A stretch of DNA of 64,000 nt from Phoronis australis (lineage: Eukaryota > Animalia > Phoronida), in assembly GCA_002633005.1 (NCBI GenBank), contig NMRA01000683.1, positions 144,057 to 208,056 of the forward strand, written 5' to 3'. This document shows positions 52,850 to 64,000 of the stretch, piece after piece (within the stretch, counting starts at the first letter, position 1; the number at the start of each line of letters is the position of its first letter). Under the pieces are notes generated by a model. It saw nothing but the letters and a program-made list of their open reading frames with translations, had not been told where the DNA came from and made no database searches. Position numbers and translations under genes: made by a program.

Positions 52850-54350
52850 AGGCGATTGCCACCTAAAGAGCAACCTGTTTTGTATCAATTTAGATCAATA
52901 ACAGCAACTTCAGTTGTTTAACCTGACACCTAACGGCAGACGGAGGTGTTGAAATTAACCAATGACATATTCGGTTCTAACGCAGTCTGTTCAGCCGTTC
53001 ACAACACGCTTACTGGTGTCAACTTATCGCTTGAGTTCATCGTTGTACATCAATAAATCATCAAAATTCGATGACACCCCTTACAAATACATCGACTTCT
53101 TGAACAAACGTGTTGTTTTATCTCACTGTCATTTGAACGTACCGTAGCCTACAGAGTTCGGCAGGCCAATTTCCCGTGGTTGATCGCGGGAGTTTTTATG
53201 TTAGGGGATAAATTCGAATCATTCTTCCGTGAAATACAGACGGGGGAACATAGCTGTGATTTTTTTCAGTTCTAAACACACCTAACGCTTGTTACTCTCC
53301 GCCAGTGGCTCGGAACCCGATCAGGCCTGTCGCGCCGCCGGGACTGTACGTCACAAACAGAAACCAGCCTTAGTTAAAAACTAAACCTCCAGTAACGATA
53401 AAACTATAATAGTGAGCCAAAAAATAATGTGCACGTAATTATTTAGGTGAATTTTCCACCAAACTTAAAATCTACTCACTGGTCGGGGGCCGCGAAGTCA
53501 GGTTCCCCTTCCACCGAACCGTCAGGGCAAAGGTTGTACAGTAACAATGATTTGAATAATGCATTTGTATATCTAAATAAAGATTCCCCTAACATGTGAC
53601 CACATCATATAAAAACCAGTTATTAATTGTTTCACAACAGCTTTCTGTCAGCAAACACTGAATTAGCATGCGCTCACACGGCCTCGCTGCCCGGTCAATT
53701 ACTTTTCATGCATCTAAAGCCGGTAACGCAGTGGTTTATTATTGCTGGCTTTTCAAAACATTTCCACTCTGGAATACTCCAAAAGCATTCCAAATTGTAT
53801 ATAATGAAACGAACTTTGTTTCAGTTTTATATAATGAAACGGACTTTGTTTCAGTTTTACATAAGCATTGGTTAGGGTGAGAATAATTTATTTTGAAAAA
53901 GAACGCAGAATAATAAGCGTCTACATGGCACAGGCAACAGAAGATATGGATAGTTCTTTGGTAAGACGGAATTCGTCAGAGAAATCACTGTCGACGAAAT
54001 GCCGGCCACTGACACGGAGATGTTGCATGGCCTCATACTTGCTATTAACAGCGCACTTTTCATTATTCACTACCGCGAGCCACTTCCTAAGCATTTCAGG
54101 CTCTCGAGGAAGAGAAAAAAAACGATATACCCGCTTTCTTCGCAGCTTCATAGTTCGGACAAGCGGGAAGGATGCACCCCAATATAGAGCAGCATTCACT
54201 CTGCAGATGAACACTGACGTCGTTTCTCACCTTCCTCACAGGTTAACGCGACACCTCTCGGCAAGGTGAGGTCGACCGTATCAGAGCACGATGTGAATAT
54301 AGACCGATTAAGACGGTAAAAAGACTAATTAAATCGGGTGGCATTCTCCT
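52850..54350. mobile_element. Internally deleted Kolobok-like element with THAP relic
   Basis: Ends AGGCGATTGCCACC / GGGTGGCATTCTCCT. THAP-like FFSLPREPEMLRKWL...LRVSGRHF on -. The paralogous position in copy A is an empty TTAA at ~3819-3822. Confidence 0.8.
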
Positions 54351-55285
54351 TTTATGAAGTTCTTCACATCTGTCATTATGTCAGAAGAACCCCATAGCAC
54401 GTAATAAGTTTAAGACAAAACTATTAATAAAAAGTAAACGAGGTTACATTACATGAGGAAAGCGTGTTTTTTCAAATGTTGCGTCACGAGGTTGAAAGTT
54501 TTTGATACGTCGCGCTTTTAGGCAAAAAGGTCGTTTTTACAGTTCATGAGAGAGCCCAAATCGGCAAGCCTCCGGATTTTGACATGGGACTCGTATAGGA
54601 TTCTCTGTTTATCGCAGTGAGATATCAGTTCCCTAAAAACAATAGAGGATGTTGCATGGCTCTTATCATATATGATGAGGCAAATATAGTTCGGCCCACT
54701 CAATTTCAGCAGCCACATCATTCGTAAAATGTTTGGTAGCGGTTGATGTGATACGGTGGGTATAGTGTAAAATACATGCTCTGGAACGTTATCCGTTCTG
54801 TTTACCTTGAAACAGGGTTCAATCCACTGAGCTTGCCCCTAATTCTACGTGGCTGTATATTATTCCTGGGAGTTTTTCCAAGAAGCTCTGCGATATTTTT
54901 TGCTATATTTTCAGACATTTATGACAGATTTTTGTTTTTAGATTGAACGACTTTACATTTTATGCGAGCGTGTTATGATTTCTACGAACTCTTTATGAAA
55001 AACAGAACGGTCAATTAACTAGTTTGCCGACATTTTTGTCTTTAGGATACTGGAAAGGGAGTCCAGCGTTGCTTGCGTGTTTGAGCAATTTTCGCACCTA
55101 CTCCGATGTACCGTGGCAGAAAACCAACAACATTTGTCCTGGCACCTTCCAATTAGCTGTTATGGAATGCTGGTTTGCCTTGTGGGGAATATTTGTGTTC
55201 CCAAACATCACGTTACGAGGCCAAAGGTCAATCTTTAGGGGATTGTTTTTATTATGGATTTGAAACAATGTCAGTCAAACTCACG

Positions 55286-55291
55286 TTTATT
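55286..55291 (-). terminator. Putative polyadenylation signal of the GMC-phosphatase gene
   Basis: AATAAA on - about 140 nt downstream of the stop codon. Confidence 0.5.
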
Positions 55292-55428
55292 AGGAAAAGA
55301 TACATCACAGTGACACCACCTTGTAGGACTTTGCAATTTAAGGTTAAGAATGATGCAAACGTTGGTGAGAAATCCTTAGTCACAGTTGTTGCTCAATCAC
55401 GGCGTTCTCCCTTATAATCAGTGTCTTT

Positions 55429-57630
55429 CTAAAGTTCACTAAAGTACTCCTCAGGAGTGTGGAAAGTGATGCCAACTTTCTCGGCGAACAATTTGTCCGA
55501 GTTGCTAAGATCTCCGGGTCTCCCTGCGGCGTCTCCAACATACACCGCAGTGGACGGGTCAATGGTCTTGAACTGATTCAGTCTGCAGCTGTAAGAATAT
55601 TTTGTGTATGTTAATGGTGTGTAGCACTTTATCGACTGGTCTAGGTATTTCTAGGTATCAAACAAAATATCTGAAAAACTATATATTTTAATACAAAAAG
55701 TATACAGTTTCCGAAAATAGAAAGCCTGTGGAACTTGCTTTTTGAATTTACATGTACATCAATCTGTCATTACTTGGGTCACGTGAATACAAACAACATT
55801 ATCAACTACAATATCAAAACTCATTTGACTTAAATGTTTCTGATAAAATCTCAAAACGGTGTGACAGTTTTCTTAATTGTCATTTCGTTTTCGTTTTATA
55901 CATCTGTTGATTTTTTTTCTTAACCATCTGTAAAAGTCATAATCGGAATATCCCATCTTGCAAAAGTGAAGAATTTTAAAGCCAATCAAATACCGTGTTA
56001 GAGAACAGCGTAAATACGATCAGCTATTTCTGTGATATGATGTTTCGACATTTGCCAAATTTGGACATTTTCTATTGCCCTACATAATCGTAAGCCACGT
56101 AGGACATTTATTTTCTATTTACATAACTGTGGATGTAGGTATGGAATTCAACCATGTAAAAGTACACATTTTCTGAAAGTAGAAAACTTTTAGAATTTGA
56201 TATTTTACGTAATGTTAATATGCTCTTAATTGGACCGCATCTTTTTACTGATATTTACAAAAGGTGAAAATACTTTTATATCAAAAAACCCATAACGAAC
56301 AAAGAAACTTCCGTCAATATAAATATTCGATGTGAAATCACCAAAACACCAATACAGCTATCTAAACAGTCTTACCGTTTTCGTCTTATTTTGATTTCAT
56401 TTTGCTTCCTAAACATTTTGAATGTCCCAATTTTGATGATCTTTCAAGGCAAAATATAATGCATAAAAATAATTTGTAACAGAATTTTAGAGAACAGTGC
56501 AGAATCCGATTTGAATTCGATCAGTCATCTTTGAGATATGATGTACGACGTTAGCCACTTTATCTAATGCCTCACGTGACCTTAATATTCAATGGATGAA
56601 ACGGGATATTTAAAGGTTCATAGTCTCATTAAATTGTGAATATGGAAGTGAAATGCCAATCGCAATCAACCACGGTCCTCCTCCATCATCAGAGATCCAG
56701 TTACTATTACACTGTACAATCTTGCGAATTTCATTATCAAATAACGATTGCGTGATAATTGGAATTGCTAGTTTTCAATATGTGCACAGTTAGTTATTTT
56801 TAACGTGTATCAGTTGAAGTGTTTTCTATAACAAAGCAATTTTTACAAATTGTTTCTTTTTTGGATTTAGCTGTACACACAGTTCTCCAGGACGTCATTA
56901 GGTGGTGCTTGATACAAATTCAAATATTCGTGGTTTTAAAGAGACAGGGCATCTGTAAGTTAACTATGAACTATTCTTCCAGACGATCCTCAATAAGATG
57001 AGACATATTTAAGCACACTCGCTGTGTAGCATTATCATGAAAGTGGTTGCAAAATGCTATACTGTACAGTAGTTATCAGTATAACATATTCCATGTGTTT
57101 GTTAGTCAAAATTTAACGGAAACGCCGTCCAGTAGACAGCAAATGGGCCAAAAAAGGCCTGCACAAGATAACATTTTCCATGCCTGTAATATGTCCACAT
57201 CCCGGTGTCAGGCTTACGAAGATCGTTGTACTCTGTGGCGCCTAGGACAAACATGGGTACACCCAGTTCATTCGTGATGGCTTCAATCTTTGACATCCAC
57301 TCGTCTTTATTCTGAGAGCCGCTCCCGATTCCGGCCTGCAACAAATACGTAAGAGAATGATCAACAACCTACAAATCTTTGAACAATCTCCGGCTTGAAT
57401 TTACTGCAAAATCGTTTAATTCCGTACTTAGGCGTTACATGGTGGTACTGTGCGTAATAGCGAAGGAAAGGCCCGAAAGGCATTTAATTCAGCCATTGAA
57501 TGCGACCCCTACGTGAATCGTTTATAGCAAAAAACCCATCCGGAAATGGAATACGCACATTTGAAACGGCCACGTAGGGGACTCTTAAACTTAAAAAAAT
57601 CCGTTTGGCTTCGGCCTAATATAGATATAT

Positions 57631-57669
<39 letters not shown>

Positions 57670-60600
57670 CATTGAAAAGTAAATGTACAGTGTTTTATTT
57701 ACTATTTCAACTGCCATCTGAAGAAAGACATTTATGTAGACAATACGAAAGTTTGTTGAACAAGCTATCTAATGCCAAGAACAGCTTACTTACAATGAAA
57801 CATGTATAAAAGAAGGTCTGCTACCCAAATACAAAGATTTTTGTATATCTATATGCATATATGGTTCTAACAATCATATTCTTTTGCAAATTACAGAGTC
57901 GCTTGAATATAGCGTGGAAATGAACGTACGTCTGAATGTTTTACCTGGTTGCTCATAATAACGTTACTGATGCCTCTCTTGTGATTGTCTTGTATTTTGA
58001 GTTTGACATTTTCGGATGTGAATGTCCAGTCTTTTTCATCGACAGGGAAATCTCTTCCACTTTTCGTCTTACTAATGGTATTGTCCAGATCAAAAGACAC
58101 CACGTGCTCATTTGAATAAATCCGCCTATTCGTTTCGTAGTAGAGAAGACCGTTGGAGAGCTGTGTCCACCAGCCAGGGAGGGTGTTGAGCGGGGGATAT
58201 TCACGAGAGAAGCGACGACCTGAGCTCCAAAACACAGTCTCGAGGAGAAATCCGGCCAGCTCCTCATACCAGTCAGTGTCTGGGTTGGCAATCATCGAGC
58301 CCGTGCGGAAGAATGCCGAAGATCCCGGGTGGCGGGCGACCACTTTTTTTGTCGCGTAGTAGTCCACCAATGGAAGTGCTAGGTCAGGCTCTTTGTAAAT
58401 CCACTCACGTTTGGAGTCATCCACATATACAAGTATGGAGCATATCTCCGGCTGACAGTTCAGGGTGAAGCAGTGCTCAGACCCACGAACCCTGTTATGT
58501 ACGCACAAGTTGGTATTAAGCAACAGCTGGCAGTCAGAGACACAGTAACATTCTTAGCTATTTGGCATTATCTTTTAATTATTGGAATACAGTGGCTTAT
58601 TGAATATAATTTTCTCTTTTTCTTGGCAAATCACATGCGGAACGTTAGAAAGTTTAGTTAGCAATAGCTTGCAGGAGGGGAAATAACGTGCCCAAAGTAT
58701 TGAACGCACGAAACTTTGTTTCTCAAAGCACACTCTTGACTGAAAATCGTGTTTAATTCCTGTTTTCTACATCAGGTGTCACAAGCTTTTCAAGATTATG
58801 CAACGAGCATCTCAAAACACAACAGATGAAAGTATGTGCATGATATGTTCGTGTCTACTAAAACAGCATACGATTTGTCCACTTAGTTTAACTCCCAAAT
58901 GACGATCTACCTGAGTTTGTCCGAACTATCTTATTATACCATGCTTTTCCATATTTAGCCTGCTCATGTAAAAGAGCTGCGAACATACCTGCCGCCTTCT
59001 CCCTTCCATGAACCAGCTTTCGCCCATAATGCATCGGGATCGACACCTGAGAAAGCTTGGCACCACACGGCAAAAACGTAGGGGGATACCTTATGCTTTG
59101 GAGTCGGCTCTTTTGGATCGGGAGTTGCTTCTGGTCTGTTGAACTTGGGGTAACCTTCAGCATTGCAACCGTCTTTTGGATCAGTTCCCAATGTAGCCAC
59201 AGCTGCTAAGTCTGCAATTTCACGCTCATTGGTGCCTTCGTCGCAAACAAAGGACCATTTAACAATCAAAGCTGAAGTATCTTTCCCTGTTGAAATCCAT
59301 TCAGAGGACACCGACACATTCATGCAATTTGAAGCTGATTTCACAGAGCCCATGTCTATAGTTGCATGACCAGGAGGTAGTTCGGACTCGAAGGCAGTTT
59401 TTTCTCTTGGAATTGTTAAGTCTTTACGAACTGCCACGTTTACGTATTTCAGATATTGGAACTTGAGCATGTCTGCCAGTTTTTCACCCATAGCGAAAAG
59501 AGTAGCGGATGGATTTCCGTCGGTTTGTGTTGCGAAGGCTGAGGCATCACATACTCTGAGATTAGAAACTCCTCTCACTTGTAGAAACTCATCAGCACAG
59601 TCTGGCATTTTGCATGTACCGACAGGGTGAAGTGCAGACACCAGCATTCCACGCAACCATGTGTTCAGCTTGTCGTCCGTATCTATATCCATTCCCGGCT
59701 CAATTTCCCCCAAAATCAGGTCTTTCAACTCTTTCCTAACATTTTTTCCAAAGAACATACTGCGCAACACGTGAATTTGATCTCGATAAAACTTAGAGAC
59801 CTTCTTGAACGATTCTGTTGGTACTCCATCATTAGTGTATTCCCAACCATACTCTACCTCCGGCTTGTCGAATATGTTTGAAGTAAGTGCTTTGACATGG
59901 CCGCGGTACTCAGGCCACTGATCGATGACACGAATAGTACCTAAAGCAGTCAAAGTAATGTTTTTTCTCAGAGGTATACATCATGATTAAATCACTTAAA
60001 TCACAATGTGAAGCAGCACTGTCTTTCATTTTGCTATCAAAATCAATTTCCAATAAATATATGCATATACATATTTAAAGATGTATTTTTATGCTTCTAA
60101 TCATGCTTATGTTAAGAAAGAACTACGTTAATTAAAATGCAGTTGTATTTACTGAAAACTTGTAAATGTGAAAACCAAAAATCCTGCAAATAGGTAACCC
60201 GTGCAGTAATTACGTATATCGGTGGCTCACTGACATAGCCCGTAGCATGTAGTGTTATTCCCCAGCACCATGTCATGAAATTTAATCACTGGACGAGGCT
60301 AGGTGAATTGAGGTGGATGATTTTCGTCGAAAAACTCGTTCTTAAACACATTTGGAAATTTCTAACCTACGTCATATTCAAGTTGTCACTGCAAGTTGTG
60401 TTTCTAACTAGATTGGCCAATTATTACAAAGATAAGGACTTAAGCTATCAGTTCCACTTTACGTACTTGGTTTGAACACAGAATTTTGTCAAATACACTT
60501 TGGTGGAGACACACACGTCTAAATTTCGGCGTATTTCTCAGTCCGCCAAAGAGCAAAAATACAGCAGACGACCAAGAGACATTGAATTGATACATGGAAA

Positions 60601-60762
60601 GAATGTTAAATTCGAGACAGGTCTTCACTTCATCTGTTTGTGAATGATCTTCATCCGAAAAGCGAAGTGCATTATGAATAATTTTACCGTGTGTAAACTC
60701 CTCCTCTTGATAGTTCTTCGCATCATCGTACTGATTAGGACGATCTTTTAAACATAACGGAC
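55429..60762 (-). CDS. 5'-incomplete gene: GMC oxidoreductase C-terminal domain + unrecognised region + PNKP-type polynucleotide 3'-phosphatase (HAD) domain. Exons 60762-60463, 59940-58989, 58491-57945, 57335-57184, 55588-55429
   Basis: GMC motifs PEYRGHV, EIEPG, SALHPVGTCKM, LRVCDAS, GNPSAT...EKLADML. HAD/PNK3P motifs FDLDNTISKTKSG..FP...DW, SNQ, RKPDTGMW, YVGDAAGRPGDLSNSD, FHTPEEYF, then stop. Splice phases 1/2/0/2 are consistent with no internal stops over ~700 codons. The first exon's donor is less certain; the last intron is GC-AG. Confidence 0.82.
57633..57667. repeat. (TG)n microsatellite, intronic
   Basis: Directly visible. Confidence 0.95.
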
Positions 60763-61249
60763 CTGTGGAAAGGAAATAATGAAAGAAAAAAATGGTGTTA
60801 ATCATGCTGACTGTTAGCCAGTCAGCAAACACTATGAACACTAACGTCAAAATACAACTAGGACTTGAGCATTAAGTTCATAGAACTCAAAATTTCACTG
60901 TCCGGGTATTTCTGCTCGTCACCTCATCTTGAAACTTACATCAACGTGTTGAGCCCGGTGATGGGGGTTCATGCAAAATTTGGGAAGCCAACCGGCACTG
61001 ACTGACCGTGCCCGTTACAACCGTTTAAGTGGAAAGCCATTTAATGAAAGTCATTTTCTAGCGTCACTCTCCGTTTTCGTCAACTTGAAAACTGTATGCT
61101 CATGAAATGCGCATCCGTCATTTGCTAACTTAGTAAGATATCTTTTTGGAAATGATGGCAGCTTTGATGAAGCAAAATTGATAAGAAGTTCGGTTTGCTG
61201 GTACTAAAATACTAAGTACTTTTACTGAAGTGAGAACAGCTACCATAAT

Positions 61250-63950
61250 ATGGTACTCTGCGCATACTAGCGCTGAGTGTAGTCATTCTCGGGTTTTTAT
61301 CTTTTTCTTTTTATGACTCCCCGTACAAGAACAGATTCTTTTAGTCCTGGTTTTTTAAATCTTTTTTCTTCTTATTACCCTGCGCGTACAAGCGCTGAGT
61401 CTTGTTATTCTCGGGTCTTTACTTTTTTGTATTATTATTATGCGCGTCCTAGTGCAGATTCTTGTATCTCTTGAGTTTTTATCTTGTTTCTTATTATTTT
61501 TCATGTTTATTGTGATATAGTCAATACAATAAATATACAGACCCAGAAAGGGTGAAGAGGCATTGTATCTGGGCTAAACAGTTCAATACAATGAAATCTT
61601 TATACAATTACGAACATGTGTGCTCCCATCTTAGAAGATGATGGGGCTCGAATTTTTTAGAGTGTTGAGTTTTTAATAAAGAAATAAAAAACGGAGTACG
61701 TTCAGAGCTATGAATTGCTCTTAACTTCATAGTGGACTTTTGTCGTATTTTCTACTGTATCTCTGTGGCAAACCTATTTGCCCACATAGCCAAATGGATG
61801 ACTCATTCGAGCTCCCGAGCTCCCCTCCACCCTTAATGCGCGTATGATACACACATAAATTAATTGATAAACTAAGATTAAGATTACAATGCTATGTTCT
61901 AAATGTAAACATTAGTACGAATATAATGGAATCATTTTTTTCGTACTACTCTGCGCGCACCAGTTTTAGAGAATATCGGGTCATCTAATCAGATTAAATA
62001 GGTTAAAGGCCATTGAGTGCGAAGTAAGGTTTTGAACTAGACATTTTAAATTCACAAGTTTGAAACGTACATGCAATTCTCAAGTTTTAGATCATTTGGT
62101 GTCACCATGGGGTTATTAACAGCATTTGTCTTCTAAAATTCCTACTTCTTCATTCAACACGTAATCTGATTTGTCAACAGTTAGACAATTGGGATTCTCA
62201 GCATTAATAACTCATTCGCGGATACTTCTAGTGAAAGTGTTTACATGTAAGATGTAGAATATGCCAGAAATTGCAAATGTCATCTCAACTTAAATTTTAA
62301 AATAGACACTTCAGATTTGTTCTTGAATGCTGATTCCGAAGCTTCGTGTCATTTGGTGCAATCATGCGGTCATTAAGTGCATTGTTTTACAGAAATTATA
62401 GCCCATTCATTCAAAATGTATTCTAAATTGCCAACAGTTAGACACTGTGGTTCTCAGCATTAACAACGCTTTTACATTCATGAACTTCACATTTATTTTG
62501 CAAGTGGGCCTCATAATCTGCCAGAATGGGTCAAAAACGTATACTACCAAAATATTTAATTTCATTCAGCCTGTATTCTTTTTTACACAATTCCCATTCT
62601 ACTGTGCCAACATTTAAGCATGTGTGACTCATCATGATTCACATTTATGCTTTCTTCCATAGTTCTGCTATGACACGCAAGCTACGTCAAAGGTTGTAGA
62701 CTTCCAAACACAATGTAGTTTCGTTCACACAGAGTCAATAATGTCACTTTCTGAATGTAATATTTCAGGTTATTGTTATTATTTTACTTTTTGACCTTTT
62801 CTGGAGCTTACGTCTTTCAAACGACTCAACTTTCAAATTTGAACTTTTGCAAGTATTTTTGAGCTATCCATAAATTTTATATATGTCATGGCTTGACTCG
62901 TAATGCACCGGAAGTGGTAAATGGGTGAAAAGGTCATCTAATCTTCAAAGTTTCAGCTTATTTGGTGCAACCATCGGATCATTAGGCGCATTTTCTTCTG
63001 AAACTTTGTAATTTTCATTCAAGATGCGTATGTATTCTGATGTGTCAACAATTACAATAATGTGGTTCCCAGCGTTAAACACACTTTTCCCGCACTTAGC
63101 AATGATTCTAGCAAAAGGGGTTATAATGTACCCGAAAGGGCCAGTTAGTGCAAAGTCATTTAATTTTGGAAATGTTATTTCTCCTACAATTTTTAAGGAA
63201 TTCGCTTCAATTTCAGCAAACTGCATAATGCCAATCAAACACAATACTTTACTAAGCAATCGCGCTATCCAATCAGATGAATTAGGTCAAAGGAAATTGA
63301 GTGCAAACTTAAATCGTGAACTAGACACATCATATTTACATATGTAGTTGACACATGTACTTGAGTTCTAATGCGAACACTTCACGCAAATTCGTGCAAC
63401 CATGGGTCATTAAGTGCAATTTTCTTCTGAAATTGTTACCTTTTCATACCACATGTATTCTGATGTGTCGGCACTAAACACACTTTTCACGGGCTTTACA
63501 ATAACTTCTCTCCAAAGCCTCATAACGCACCGGGAATTGGCAATTAGTGCAAAGGTCATTTCATTTTCAAAATGTCATTTCTCGTACTTTTTTCAAGGAA
63601 TGCTCTTCAATTTGAGCATACATGAGCAAGCATACATATCAATCAAAATAGACTATTTTTTCTAAGCAATAAAGCTATCCAATCAGACAAAATGAGGTCA
63701 TTGAGGTCAAATTTTAATTTTGTGCTAGACACTCCTGTATGCTTGATGCATGTGATTGAATTCAATTTCAAAACTTAAGGTCATTTGACTCAATCATGGG
63801 GTCATTAAGTACATTTCCTTGTGAAAAAAATTTGTTTTTATTCACCACGTAAACTACTGTGATTCTCAATGTTAACCACACTTTTCAAGGAATTTTACAT
63901 AATTCCAGTACAAGAGCAGAGCTCATAATGAGATTTATGGCACTCTGACA
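61250..63950 (+). repeat. Diverged, oppositely oriented relatives of the 49198-51840 repeat family (probably intronic)
   Basis: tactctgcgc...gcgctgagt hairpin motifs at ~61255-61470. Reverse complements of the subrepeat (catggggtcattaagtgca, ttctcagcattaa, tgcaccggaag) recur at ~62100, 62370, 62900-63150, 63400 and 63800. Confidence 0.7.
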
Positions 63951-64000
63951 TAAATCCTATTATTTGGGCAAATACCATTATGGAGCCCTTCATGCTTCAT

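Larger units (their letters stand above)
47170..52850 (+). repeat. Segmental duplication copy B (partner 1-3825)
   Basis: 47170-49040 matches ~5-2000, 50460-50555 matches ~2005-2100, and 51838-52848 matches ~2107-3822. Confidence 0.9.

Noticed and set aside
58492-58526. Alternative acceptor (ctgccag) for the phosphatase-containing exon
   Set aside because: After the phase-2 donor at 58989 it reads into a stop within about 22 codons. The acceptor at 58491 keeps the frame.
62945-63665. ORFs as upstream GMC exons
   Set aside because: They lie in the repeat family also found at 49198-51840 and show no GMC motifs.

Overview
Eukaryotic, AT-rich, intron-containing, transposon-dense DNA that looks like an invertebrate animal; the species cannot be determined from the window. 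There are two host-gene stories. (1) A tandem pair of + strand genes encodes a secreted prepropeptide: a complete 3-exon copy (44148-47687, 166 aa) and the last exon of a paralog (528-675). The protein has a signal peptide, a 60-aa strongly acidic pro-piece and an 86-aa Arg-rich mature part with no acidic residues, whose Cys spacing resembles the Spaetzle/neurotrophin cystine knot. The paralogous coding exons are more diverged than their flanking intron and UTR. (2) A - strand gene, 5'-incomplete, with 5 exons seen at 55429-60762, splices in frame into a GMC oxidoreductase C-terminal domain, an unrecognised ~260-aa region and a complete PNKP-type 3'-phosphatase (HAD) domain with no kinase domain. 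I do not recognise this architecture. The rest is nested mobile DNA: Hero-like and L1/Tx1-like LINE relics, two solo LTRs, a Gypsy element with an inverted 5' LTR and a -1 frameshift pseudoknot, a mariner, an ISL2EU-like element, four Kolobok-like copies, Helentron-like repeats and MITEs. All gene models and counts were made by hand and need RNA-seq or HMM confirmation.
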